DNA from: Acidobacteriota bacterium
GTDB lineage: Bacteria > Acidobacteriota > Vicinamibacteria > Vicinamibacterales > UBA2999
Direction: 5' to 3'
Assembly: GCA_052389315.1 (NCBI GenBank)
Contig: JBQTIE010000033.1
Span: 27,778 to 91,777 of the forward strand
DNA: 64,000 bases
Within the stretch, counting starts at the first letter, position 1. Each line of letters opens with the position of its first letter. Below the pieces are notes generated by a model. It was not told the origin of the DNA. It ran no database searches and saw only the letters and a program-made list of their open reading frames with translations. Positions 19,084 to 27,219 of the stretch are shown here, piece after piece. The translations under genes were made by a program, and so were the position numbers.

Positions 19084-19713
19084 TTATCGCGTTCGCTCCA
19101 GGGCGCGAATCTTCGCCAGACGGCGGATATAGCGCGCCTCACGCATCGGCGTGCCAAGCCAGGTCTGGACGATGGCCTTGGCGTCGTCGATGGAGACGAG
19201 CGTCGCGCCGAGCGCGAGCACGTTCGCGCCGTTGTGCTCACGGGCATACCGGGCGAGTGTTCTGTCGGTGCACATGGCCGCGCGCACGCCGTCGATTTTG
19301 TTGGCGGCAATCGCCGATCCCAGCCCGGCGCCGTCGATGACGATACCCGCGTCGGCTTCGCGCCGCGCCACCAGGCGCGCCACCTGTCCGGCGATGTCAG
19401 GATAGTCCACCGGATCGGGGCCGCTCGTGCCGACATCCTCGACCGCGAGACCCTGGCCCCGCAGAACGTCTCGGAGGATCGCCTTCAGTGCGACACCGGT
19501 GTGATCGCTCCCGATGGCGACTCGCCGGACGTCTGCCACGGGCACGAGGGTCGACACGTCGACGTCGAGCGCGTCGGTCAGCACCGTGATCCGCCGCGCG
19601 CGAAGCGTGTCGGCCGCAAGAGGCGTGACGTGCCCGCGCGGGTTCAAGGTGACGGTGCTGCCCGGTTCGAGCGTTCGAGCGTCGGCTTCGGTGATGATGT
19701 CAAAGCGCTTCAT
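19084..19713 (-). CDS. rpiB: ribose-5-phosphate isomerase B (RpiB/LacA/LacB family) with a ~62-aa N-terminal extension
   Basis: Core [15 protein letters not shown] ... [24 protein letters not shown] ... [10 protein letters not shown]. Confidence 0.88.
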   Translation of the reverse strand: MKRFDIITEADARTLEPGSTVTLNPRGHVTPLAADTLRARRITVLTDALDVDVSTLVPVADVRRVAIGSDHTGVALKAILRDVLRGQGLAVEDVGTSGPDPVDYPDIAGQVARLVARREADAGIVIDGAGLGSAIAANKIDGVRAAMCTDRTLARYAREHNGANVLALGATLVSIDDAKAIVQTWLGTPMREARYIRRLAKIRALERTR

Positions 19714-19725
19714 GCTGCGCCAACC

Positions 19726-19731
19726 ATGCTA
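19726..19731 (-). promoter_or_regulatory. candidate -10 hexamer TAGCAT, 12 nt upstream of rpiB ATG 19713
   Basis: Plus-strand atgcta. Overlaps the divergent hpt hexamer by 2 nt. Confidence 0.3.
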
Positions 19732-19735
19732 CCCT
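19730..19735 (+). promoter_or_regulatory. candidate -10 hexamer TACCCT, 8 nt upstream of hpt ATG 19744
   Basis: TAnnnT pattern inside a 30-bp divergent intergenic region. Confidence 0.3.
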
Positions 19736-19743
19736 CGTTCGAC

Positions 19744-20265
19744 ATGTCGACGGACACGATTCCGCCCCTCATCAGTGCAGAGGCACTCCGAGAGCGCATC
19801 AGCGCCATGGCCGGCGAGATCCGGCGCGATGTGCCGAACGAGCCGCTGCACCTCATCTGCGTGCTCAAGGGCGCCTTCATGTTTCTGTCGGATCTGACGC
19901 GGGCGATGCCTGGCCACGTCAGCATGGATTTCATGGCCCTCTCGAGCTATGCCGGCCGCACCACGACCTCGGGCGAGGTGCGTCTCATCAAGGATCTCGA
20001 TTACGGCCTGGAAGGCCGCCACGTGATCATCGTCGAGGACATCGTCGACACGGGGCTGACGCTTCACTACCTCCAGGAGATCCTGCGCGCGCGCAATCCC
20101 AGGTCGCTCCGAACGGCGTGCCTCCTCAGCAAGCCGTCCCGGCGCCAGATCGACGTCCGGGTGGACTACATCGGCTTTGCCATCGAAGACCGCTTCGTAG
20201 TCGGCTACGGACTGGATTACGCGGAGCAGTATCGCAATCTGCCCTACATCGGCGTGTTGCCGTAG
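19744..20265 (+). CDS. hpt: hypoxanthine phosphoribosyltransferase
   Basis: Start at ATG 19744 (MSTDTIPPLISAEALRERI). PRPP loop HVIIVEDIVDTGLTL. C-terminal GYGLDYAEQYRNLPYIGVL. Confidence 0.93.
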   Translation: MSTDTIPPLISAEALRERISAMAGEIRRDVPNEPLHLICVLKGAFMFLSDLTRAMPGHVSMDFMALSSYAGRTTTSGEVRLIKDLDYGLEGRHVIIVEDIVDTGLTLHYLQEILRARNPRSLRTACLLSKPSRRQIDVRVDYIGFAIEDRFVVGYGLDYAEQYRNLPYIGVLP

Positions 20266-20278
20266 CCGGCGCCGGTGG

Positions 20279-21685
20279 TCAGCGAACCGCCGCGCGCACC
20301 TGACCGGCGGCGGCCCTGGCCTCGTCGAGCACCCGCGGCTCGTCCAGGGTGAGGAGCTTCCCGCCACGCATCAGGATGCGGCCGTTGACAATCGTCGCCT
20401 CGACGTCGTCGCCCCGGGTGACATAGACCAGGTGTGACAGCGGGTCGTACATCGGGGTCTGCCGAGGCTGATCCATCCGCACGACGATCACGTCGGCCAG
20501 CTTGCCGACCTCGATTGATCCCAGCTTCGATTCCTGGCCGATCACCCGGGCGCCGCCGAGCGTGGCCATCTCGAGGGCGGTCCGGGCGCTGATGGCGCGC
20601 GGATCTCGAGACGTCAGCTTGTGAAGAAAGGCCGCCTGACGCATCGCTTCGAACATGTCGAGGTCGTTGTTGCTTGCGGCCCCGTCGGTGCCCAGCCCGA
20701 CCGGAACGCCCGCGTCGAGATACCGCTGGACCGGTGCGGTCCCGCTGGCCAGCTTCATGTTGCTTTCCGGATTGTGTGCGACGCCAACGCCGTGCGCTTT
20801 GAGCACCGCGATCTCGTCGGGTTCGATCCAGACGCCGTGTGCCGCCACCGTTGGCGTCTGCCAGAGGCCGAACGACGTCAGGGCTGCCACGGGCCGCGCC
20901 TTGTGACGCTCGAGCGACAGACGAGTTTCCTCTTCGGTCTCCGCCAGGTGGATCAGCGTCGGCACGCGGTGCGCTGCCGCCAGGTCGCGGACCCCCCTCA
21001 AGGTGGCCGCGTCGAGCGTATAGACGCTGTGCGGCGCGACCGCCGGGGTGATGAGCGGGTCGTTCACGAACTCCTTGATGAAGGCCGCAGCCCGCGCGAG
21101 CGCGTCGGCGGGCGTCTTGGCGTCGGGGACGGGGAACTCGATGACCGTCTGGCCCAGGACGGCTCGTACACCGGCCTCCCTGGTCGCGCGCCCGATTTCC
21201 TCCTCGAAGTAGTACATGTCCACGTAGGTGGTCGTACCAGAACGAATCATCTCGGCGAGCGCCAGACGCGCGCCCGTGCGGACGAAGGCAGGCGAGACGG
21301 TCTTCGCCTCGGCCGGGAAGATGTACTTCTGGAGCCACTCCATCAAGGCCAGGTCGTCGGCGAGTCCGCGGTACAGCACCATCGGCGCGTGTGTGTGCGT
21401 GTTGATCAACCCCGGCATGACCACACCGCCGCGCGCATCGATGACGTCGCGGCCGGTGAACGCCTTCGCGAGCTGTTCGGACGGCCCGACGCCGACAATC
21501 GAGGTTTGATCGATGGCCACCGAGCCGGGTGTAATCACGCGACGCTGCGCATCCATCGTCACCACGATGCCGTTGGTGATGACCAGATCGACGGGACGCG
21601 TCACCTGGGCCCCCAGGGGCGCGGCGCAGGCGGCGACGACCGCCAGCAGAATCGGCCGTAATCGACGAACGGGACAGTTGGCCAT
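20279..21685 (-). CDS. amidohydrolase (TRZ/ATZ, MtaD-like deaminase family) with an N-terminal signal peptide
   Basis: Start at ATG 21685 (MANCPVRRLRPILLAVVAACAAPLGAQ). Metal-binding PGLINTHTHAPM, and HLAETEEE. Confidence 0.85.
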   Translation of the reverse strand: MANCPVRRLRPILLAVVAACAAPLGAQVTRPVDLVITNGIVVTMDAQRRVITPGSVAIDQTSIVGVGPSEQLAKAFTGRDVIDARGGVVMPGLINTHTHAPMVLYRGLADDLALMEWLQKYIFPAEAKTVSPAFVRTGARLALAEMIRSGTTTYVDMYYFEEEIGRATREAGVRAVLGQTVIEFPVPDAKTPADALARAAAFIKEFVNDPLITPAVAPHSVYTLDAATLRGVRDLAAAHRVPTLIHLAETEEETRLSLERHKARPVAALTSFGLWQTPTVAAHGVWIEPDEIAVLKAHGVGVAHNPESNMKLASGTAPVQRYLDAGVPVGLGTDGAASNNDLDMFEAMRQAAFLHKLTSRDPRAISARTALEMATLGGARVIGQESKLGSIEVGKLADVIVVRMDQPRQTPMYDPLSHLVYVTRGDDVEATIVNGRILMRGGKLLTLDEPRVLDEARAAAGQVRAAVR

Positions 21686-21692
21686 CAGGGAA

Positions 21693-21698
21693 ATTCTA
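21693..21698 (-). promoter_or_regulatory. candidate -10 hexamer TAGAAT, 7 nt upstream of ATG 21685
   Basis: Plus-strand attcta. The spacing fits a leaderless transcript. Confidence 0.35.
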
Positions 21699-21722
21699 TC
21701 CCGCGCCGCCTGCGCGCGCTGA

Positions 21723-21728
21723 TAAGCT
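21723..21728 (+). promoter_or_regulatory. candidate -10 hexamer TAAGCT, 6 nt upstream of upp GTG 21735
   Basis: TAnnnT pattern. The spacing fits a leaderless transcript. Confidence 0.3.
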
Positions 21729-21734
21729 CTCGGC

Positions 21735-22355
21735 GTGGTCACGCTGGTCGCACATCCCCTGGTGCACGACATCCTGCACGAGCTTCGCGACACCGCGACG
21801 CCCCCGGAGCGTTTTCGCCAGCTCGCGGGACGCATCAGCGTGCTGCTGGCCGCCGAGGCGCTCCGCGACATCCCGACCGTGCCGGCCGAGGTGACCACGC
21901 CGCTCGGGCCGGCCAAGGGACGGCGCGTGGACGCGGACGTGGTGCTCGTCCCCGTCCTGCGCGCGGGTCTGGGGATGCTCCCCGGCATGCTCGAGCTCGT
22001 GCCTGCCGCCCGCGTGGGCCACATCGGTCTGCAACGCGACGAGCGGACCGCGGTGGCGTCACAGTACTATGCCAAGCTGCCGCCGCGGCTGGAGGAGAGC
22101 TACGTGCTCATGATCGATCCGATGCTCGCGACCGGAGGCAGCGCGGTGGCCGCGCTCGATCTGCTCGCGAGGGCCGGCGCACGGCATATCCGGTTGGTGT
22201 GCATCGTCGCGGCGCCGGAAGGCGTGGCGGCCGTCGAGCACGCGTATCCGGATGTCCTCATCATCACCCCGGTGGTCGACGACCGCTTGAACGATCACAA
22301 GTTCATCGTGCCGGGGCTCGGGGATTTTGGCGATCGACTCTACGGCACGTCGTGA
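21735..22355 (+). CDS. upp: uracil phosphoribosyltransferase
   Basis: HPLVHDILHELRDTATPPERFRQL, VLVPVLRAGLGM, MIDPMLATGGSA, IVPGLGDFGDRLYGT. Confidence 0.93.
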   Translation: MVTLVAHPLVHDILHELRDTATPPERFRQLAGRISVLLAAEALRDIPTVPAEVTTPLGPAKGRRVDADVVLVPVLRAGLGMLPGMLELVPAARVGHIGLQRDERTAVASQYYAKLPPRLEESYVLMIDPMLATGGSAVAALDLLARAGARHIRLVCIVAAPEGVAAVEHAYPDVLIITPVVDDRLNDHKFIVPGLGDFGDRLYGTS

Positions 22356-22418
22356 CCCGGGCCGATGGCGGTTGCCCGTCCTTGGGCTATCTCGTAGACT
22401 AGGAGGGCCACTTGAGAC

Positions 22419-22493
22419 GCGCGCTTGGCTCAGCGGTAGAGCATCGCCTTCACACGGCGGGGGTCGGTGGTTCGAATCCACCAGCGCGCACCA
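22419..22493 (+). tRNA. tRNA-Val (anticodon CAC), CCA encoded
   Basis: Cloverleaf: acceptor gcgcgct/agcgcgc, D arm gctc-agcggta-gagc, anticodon arm tcgcc-ttCACac-ggcgg, T arm ggtgg-ttcgaat-ccacc. 75 nt. Confidence 0.92.
22471..22493. repeat. direct repeat copy 1 (23 nt, tRNA-Val T-loop to CCA)
   Basis: ttcgaatccaccagcgcgcacca, identical to 23266-23288. Confidence 0.9.
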
Positions 22494-22728
22494 GCCCAAT
22501 CCTCAATTGATCAACACGTTAGCGACGACAGGCCGATCGTCGTTGCAATCAGGGCGAGGCGCGGTTTCTGCTCTCCTGCGCGACAAATTGCGGCCCCAGA
22601 CGGCTGCCCCCAACGTCACCCCCAGCCCATCCATAGTGGATTTCATGCTGCACCGTCACGGATTTCGCCCGTCCAGGTCCGTGGGGGCGGCTTGGGTGGC
22701 GGTCGAGAACCGTGGACAACCCTCGCTG

Positions 22729-23127
22729 CTAACTGGCCCCAAAGGAGCAGGCAATCCAGCGGTACCAGATGACAGCGGTCTGAGGCTGTTCGACGAAGAG
22801 ACTTGTCACAGGGGCCATCGCCGGAACGCCGCACACGACAATCCAGAGTCGGTGCCGGCCTCCGGGCTTGTTGAGGCTCCTCGTGACCGCTGCTCGCTCG
22901 CCAGGCGTCATGATCGTGATCCACCCTCGTTGATGGAACTTCCACACGACGATGCCCCAGATGATCCACCAGGACAGAGCCGCTTCAGTAAGTGAAGGTG
23001 TGTCCATGATGGCGCCCCCCGACATTACCAGGAGGGGTGGCGGCAGCAAGGCGCCACCGACCGTCAGCACCCAATAGAACCACTCGCGGCGCCGCTTGAC
23101 GAGCGACTTGGCTTTGTCGGGATCCAT
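22729..23127 (-). CDS. hypothetical small membrane protein (3-4 predicted TM helices)
   Basis: Start at ATG 23127 (MDPDKAKSLVKRRREWFYWVLTVGGALL..), preceded by GAGAGGA 6 nt upstream. No family recognised. Confidence 0.5.
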   Translation of the reverse strand: MDPDKAKSLVKRRREWFYWVLTVGGALLPPPLLVMSGGAIMDTPSLTEAALSWWIIWGIVVWKFHQRGWITIMTPGERAAVTRSLNKPGGRHRLWIVVCGVPAMAPVTSLFVEQPQTAVIWYRWIACSFGAS

Positions 23128-23228
23128 CGTCCGTCCTCTCGTGGCCGTCGCCGACAGTCTCAGCTTGTGTCCGGCGCTTGAGCATGCTACAAAACAGAGC
23201 CATTTCACACTGGTCCAACGCGCCCTGG

Positions 23229-23288
23229 TGGCATGCCACTCGCCTGCACTTCTTGGGGGCGGTGCTTCGAATCCACCAGCGCGCACCA
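23229..23288 (+). pseudogene. degenerate copy of the tRNA-Val 3' half, including direct repeat copy 2 at 23266-23288
   Basis: gcatgccactcgcctgcacttcttgggggcggtgcttcgaatccaccagcgcgcacca aligns with gagcatcgccttcacacggcgggggtcggtggttcgaatccaccagcgcgcacca. The D arm and anticodon stem are no longer foldable. Confidence 0.7.
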
Positions 23289-23366
23289 TCCCACACTTGA
23301 CGTGACGCCCGCGACGCGCCCTCGAGTTTTCGTCCTGGCCCAGCGCCCCCCCGGCCGGAGGGCTGT

Positions 23367-25562
23367 GTGCTGTCAGGCTGGCCCGCTCCTACGGCTCCGA
23401 GGATCGTCCGAGTCTTGACCGAATCGGCCTCCCCTTCGTCCGCGATCACGATCTGGCCAGGTACCTGGTACCCGCTGGGCGCCACGTACGATGGACGCGG
23501 GTGCAATTTTTCGGTGTTCTCGGAAGTGGCCACGCGCGTCGAGCTGTGCCTGTTCGACGATCAAGGTCGCGAGCAGCGCGTGGATCTCCCGGAGTGCCTG
23601 ACCTTCTGCTGGCACGGCTACGTCCCCGGGCTCACGCCAGGCCAGCGTTACGGGTTTCGGGTCCACGGCCCCTGGGATCCCGGGCGCGGGCATCGGTGCA
23701 ATCCCGACAAGCTGCTGCTGGATCCCTACGCGAAAGCCATCGAGGGTGTGGTGCGGTGGGACCCGGCGGTCTTTCCCTTCGAGATGGGCGCGGACGGAGC
23801 CGTCCTGGAGGATCGGCGCAGCACACTCGACAGCGCGGCGCACGTGCCACGATCGGTCGTGGTCGATCCGGCGTTCGACTGGGGTGAGGACCGACGTCCG
23901 AAGCGATCGCTGCACCAGTTGGAAATCTACGAGCTGCACGTCAAGGGGTTCACCGCCCGCATGCCGCAGGTGCCGCCGGAGCTGCGAGGAACCTACGCGG
24001 GGTTGGCGCACCCGGCCTCGCTCGAGTACTTGACGCGACTCGGCGTCAGCGCGGTCGAGCTCATGCCGGTGCACCAGTTCGTCCACGATGGTCATCTCGT
24101 CGCCAAGGGCCTGCGCAACTATTGGGGCTACAACTCCATCGGGTTCTTCGCGCCGCACAACGAGTACGCCAGCGTCGGCCAGCGGGGCGAGCAGGTCCGC
24201 GAGTTCAAGGAGATGGTCAAGGCGCTGCACGCGTCGGGCATCGAAGTGATTCTCGATGTCGTGTACAACCACACCGGGGAAGGCAATCACGTCGGCCCGG
24301 TACTCTGCTTCAAGGGACTCGACAACCGCGCCTATTACCGCGTGATGGGGCACGACGGGCGCCTGTACATGGACTACACGGGGACGGGCAACAGCCTCAA
24401 CATGCGCCACCCGCACGTGCTGCAGCTGCTGATGGATTCGCTTCGGTACTGGGTCCTCGAGATGCACGTGGACGGCTTCCGATTCGACCTGGCCGCTACG
24501 CTCGCGCGTGAGCTCCACGAAGTCGACCGGCTCTCGGCCTTCTTCGATCTCATCCACCAGGATCCGGTGGTCAGCCAGGTGAAGCTCATCGCCGAGCCGT
24601 GGGATGTCGGTGAGGGCGGATACCAGGTGGGCAATTTCCCCGCGCTGTGGTCCGAATGGAACGGCAAGTACCGCGACACCGTGCGCGACTACTGGCGTGG
24701 CGCCGACCAGACGCTCGGCGAGTTCGCGCATCGCCTGACCGGCAGTCCGGATCTGTACGCACCCAACGGCCGCCGTCCGCTGGCCAGCGTCAACTTCGTG
24801 TGCGCGCACGACGGGTTCACGCTGCTGGACCTGGTGTCCTACTCGCACAAGCACAACGAGGCCAACGGCGAAGACAACAAGGACGGCGAGAGCCACAACC
24901 GGTCGTGGAACCACGGCGAGGAGGGTCCGACCGACGACCCGGCGATTCTCGCCGTACGCGCGCGGCAGCAGCGCAACTTTCTGGCCACGCTGCTGCTCTC
25001 GCAGGGGGTGCCGATGATCCTGGCCGGCGACGAGCTCGGGCGTACGCAAGCGGGCAACAACAACGCGTACTGCCAGGACAACGAGCTGTCGTGGATCGAC
25101 TGGGAGCGGGCCGACCAGGGCCTGCTCCAGTTCACCGCCTCGCTGCTCGCGTTTCGTCGCGCGCATCCCGTGTTCCGGCGACGACGCTGGTTTCAAGGAC
25201 AGCCCTTGCGCGGTCAGCCCGACATCGCGTGGTTCACGCCCGGCGGACAGGAGATGTCCCAGCAGGACTGGTCGGTGGGGTTCGCCAAGTCGCTCACGGT
25301 GTTCCTGAACGGCCAGGCAATCCCCAGCCTCGGGCCGACGGGTGAGCCCATCGTCGACGACACGTTCCTGCTCTGTTTCAACGCGCACTACGAGCCGATG
25401 CGCTTCACCCTGCCGGATGCGGCGTACGGGCCTCGCTGGCAGCGCGTCATCGACACGGTGGACCCGCCGCGGTCGGAGTCGATCGAGATGATCGAGGCTG
25501 GGGGAGAGCTGGACATCGAGGCGCGCGCGTTGATCGTCCTTCAGCGCGTCGACCCCGCCTGA
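23367..25562 (+). CDS. glgX: glycogen debranching enzyme GlgX (GH13)
   Basis: WPGTWYPLGATYDGRGCNFSVFSEVATRVELCLFD, VILDVVYNHTGEG, GFRFDLA, EPWD, FVCAHDGFTL. GGAGGG lies 4 nt upstream of GTG 23367; TTG 23415 is an alternative start. Confidence 0.92.
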   Translation: MLSGWPAPTAPRIVRVLTESASPSSAITIWPGTWYPLGATYDGRGCNFSVFSEVATRVELCLFDDQGREQRVDLPECLTFCWHGYVPGLTPGQRYGFRVHGPWDPGRGHRCNPDKLLLDPYAKAIEGVVRWDPAVFPFEMGADGAVLEDRRSTLDSAAHVPRSVVVDPAFDWGEDRRPKRSLHQLEIYELHVKGFTARMPQVPPELRGTYAGLAHPASLEYLTRLGVSAVELMPVHQFVHDGHLVAKGLRNYWGYNSIGFFAPHNEYASVGQRGEQVREFKEMVKALHASGIEVILDVVYNHTGEGNHVGPVLCFKGLDNRAYYRVMGHDGRLYMDYTGTGNSLNMRHPHVLQLLMDSLRYWVLEMHVDGFRFDLAATLARELHEVDRLSAFFDLIHQDPVVSQVKLIAEPWDVGEGGYQVGNFPALWSEWNGKYRDTVRDYWRGADQTLGEFAHRLTGSPDLYAPNGRRPLASVNFVCAHDGFTLLDLVSYSHKHNEANGEDNKDGESHNRSWNHGEEGPTDDPAILAVRARQQRNFLATLLLSQGVPMILAGDELGRTQAGNNNAYCQDNELSWIDWERADQGLLQFTASLLAFRRAHPVFRRRRWFQGQPLRGQPDIAWFTPGGQEMSQQDWSVGFAKSLTVFLNGQAIPSLGPTGEPIVDDTFLLCFNAHYEPMRFTLPDAAYGPRWQRVIDTVDPPRSESIEMIEAGGELDIEARALIVLQRVDPA

Positions 25563-25605
25563 TGCGGGTCAGGCGAGACCAGGTCACCGTCCCGGCACCG
25601 GGCGA

Positions 25606-26160
25606 TCAGGGCTTCTTGAGCTCCGCCAGGAGCGCCTGCAGCGCCAGCACGTAGGCGGCGTCGGCCTGCGCAAAGCGCTTCATGTAATCCTCTTCGGTCA
25701 TCCGATCTTCGCGCCAGTTGCCGTCGAACTGCATGCTCTTGCCGCTCGCATCCTGAGAGTCGAAGGCCATGTTGGGCTCGCGACGCGATCGCAGACCGTC
25801 GGCGCCTCCATCGCTGAACATCACCCGCGTCTCCGGGATTGAGGCGCTGTTGAGATCGATGTACACGTCGCGGAACTGTTTGCGGACGAGTTTTTCGTTG
25901 AGGATCGCCGGCGCCACGGTGCGGGCGGATACGACGAGGAGCAGCTCTGGAAAATACAGGGCCGCCACGAACTGATCGTCTTGCTTGGGATACCTCGCGG
26001 CAATGCTGTCCAGCTTGCGCGCCTTCAGCAGTCCGGTCAGTTCCTGAACGAGCGCGATCGACGGAGAATCTTGGGCCGAGGCCCAGGGCAACAGACCGCC
26101 CGACAGAAGCGCCGCCACCGCGAGAACTCCCACCGACTGACGCGCAGAGACGACGTTCAT
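25606..26160 (-). CDS. hypothetical secreted protein
   Basis: Start at ATG 26160 with signal peptide MNVVSARQSVGVLAVAALLSGGLLPWASAQ. GAGG lies 8 nt upstream. No family recognised. Confidence 0.6.
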   Translation of the reverse strand: MNVVSARQSVGVLAVAALLSGGLLPWASAQDSPSIALVQELTGLLKARKLDSIAARYPKQDDQFVAALYFPELLLVVSARTVAPAILNEKLVRKQFRDVYIDLNSASIPETRVMFSDGGADGLRSRREPNMAFDSQDASGKSMQFDGNWREDRMTEEDYMKRFAQADAAYVLALQALLAELKKP

Positions 26161-26438
26161 GTCAACCTCGGGAGCACCAACAACCGTTGACTCGGCTTCG
26201 AGGGGCGACCCGCGCCTCAAAACCCGACCTCCATCCCGTCGCGGTCGCCAGGAGGCCGCGCCTGGAGGCTTCTCTGTATCACAGGAGGTTGCGGAACGCC
26301 AGTCCTCGGCGCTCGCCTTGGCGACGGTCCTCGTGTTGGACAGCGGCACATGTCCTCGGCCACCGCTCAGCCGCCGCACCAGGGGAGACAACCAGGCTGG
26401 GCGGCGTGGAGAACCCGGCGGACGGTTCGACAGCCCGG

Positions 26439-26885
26439 CTAGCCGATGAAGAGCGACTCTTCCTCGGCTTCTGGCACCGCCGCCGCGCCCTCGGCGGCGC
26501 GCCGGCGCGAGGATTCCCGCACCGCGTGCAGGGCGTTCAGCGCGGCTCGCAGGCCCGCCAGGATCGCGAGGCCATTTCGGGCCGGGCCGGAGATGAAGTG
26601 GTGGGCGGCCGAGACCGTCTGCTCTACCTTGCCCGTGACGTCGGCAAAGGTCCGATCGAAGCGTTCGACCTGTGCCATGGCCAGTTGCGCGGTTCGCGAC
26701 GCGTCGGCGCTGATCGCGGTGAGATTGCCGATGAGCGGCTTGATGCTGGACTCGAGATCCCGTGCCACCCGGTCGACGCGACGCGCCACGTACACGCCCG
26801 CCACGATGACCCCCACTTGAATCACCGCCATGACGACGACGGCGACGGCAATCACGCCGAGCCAGAGTTCAGCCGTCTCGCTCAC
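26439..26885 (-). CDS. DUF948/YtxG-like membrane-anchored coiled-coil protein
   Basis: N-terminal TM helix (LWLGVIAVAVVVMAVIQVGVIVAGVYV), then a helical region. ATGA overlap with the ytxH-like gene. Confidence 0.6.
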   Translation of the reverse strand: MSETAELWLGVIAVAVVVMAVIQVGVIVAGVYVARRVDRVARDLESSIKPLIGNLTAISADASRTAQLAMAQVERFDRTFADVTGKVEQTVSAAHHFISGPARNGLAILAGLRAALNALHAVRESSRRRAAEGAAAVPEAEEESLFIG

Positions 26886-27163
26886 GCCTGTCCTTCGCCT
26901 CGTTCACGGGCCTGCTGGAACGCCTCCCGACCGCGCTCCACGGCTTGCGACACGGCCTCGCTCTGGCGTTTGTAGGCCTCGCGGCCCTGTTCGACCGCCT
27001 GGCGCGCGCGCTCCCGCCCCTCACGGGCCTTGGTGCCCAGATACTCGCGCGTCTCTTCGCCGGAGGCCGGTGCAAAGAGGAGGGCCACCGCGGCGCCGGT
27101 CACCGCACCGACCAGGAACGCCAACATCACCGTGCCTGCCCCACCGCTCGAGTCGTTTGCCAT
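26882..27163 (-). CDS. YtxH domain-containing protein
   Basis: GAVTGAAVALLFAPASGEETREYL followed by a charged helical tail. GGGAGG lies 6 nt upstream of the ATG. Confidence 0.75.
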   Translation of the reverse strand: MANDSSGGAGTVMLAFLVGAVTGAAVALLFAPASGEETREYLGTKAREGRERARQAVEQGREAYKRQSEAVSQAVERGREAFQQARERGEGQA

Positions 27164-27219
27164 GCCCGCCTCCCGTGCTCGTGCACCTGGCCGATGTTCT
27201 GGCTGCGCCGCGCGCCGAG

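Larger units (their letters stand above)
22494..23288. mobile_element. candidate remnant of a tRNA-Val-integrated element (no integrase left)
   Basis: Bounded by the tRNA 3' end and a degenerate second copy of the tRNA 3' half. Lower G+C than its surroundings. Carries a single membrane-protein gene. Confidence 0.45.

Noticed and set aside
19035-19436. N-terminal 134 aa of the 424-aa ORF-track version of deoC, and similarly the first 229 aa of the 402-aa ORF containing hpt (19057-19743)
   Set aside because: These parts overlap the well-supported rpiB gene in other frames and have an Arg/Pro/Ser-rich nonsense composition. Real starts were placed after the rpiB stop (deoC) and at ATG 19744 (hpt).
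22494-23265. Integrase or excisionase remnant inside the tRNA-Val-associated insert, and the 222-aa plus-strand ORF at 22327-22995
   Set aside because: No tyrosine- or serine-recombinase motif is visible in any of the six frames. The 222-aa ORF runs straight through the tRNA-Val gene and has a nonsense composition.
23229-23288. A second functional tRNA gene
   Set aside because: The T-stem has a C-C mismatch, the anticodon stem cannot pair (tcgcc versus cttgg) and the D arm is collapsed to tggc-at-gcca. It is interpreted as a displaced att-site copy of the tRNA-Val 3' half.
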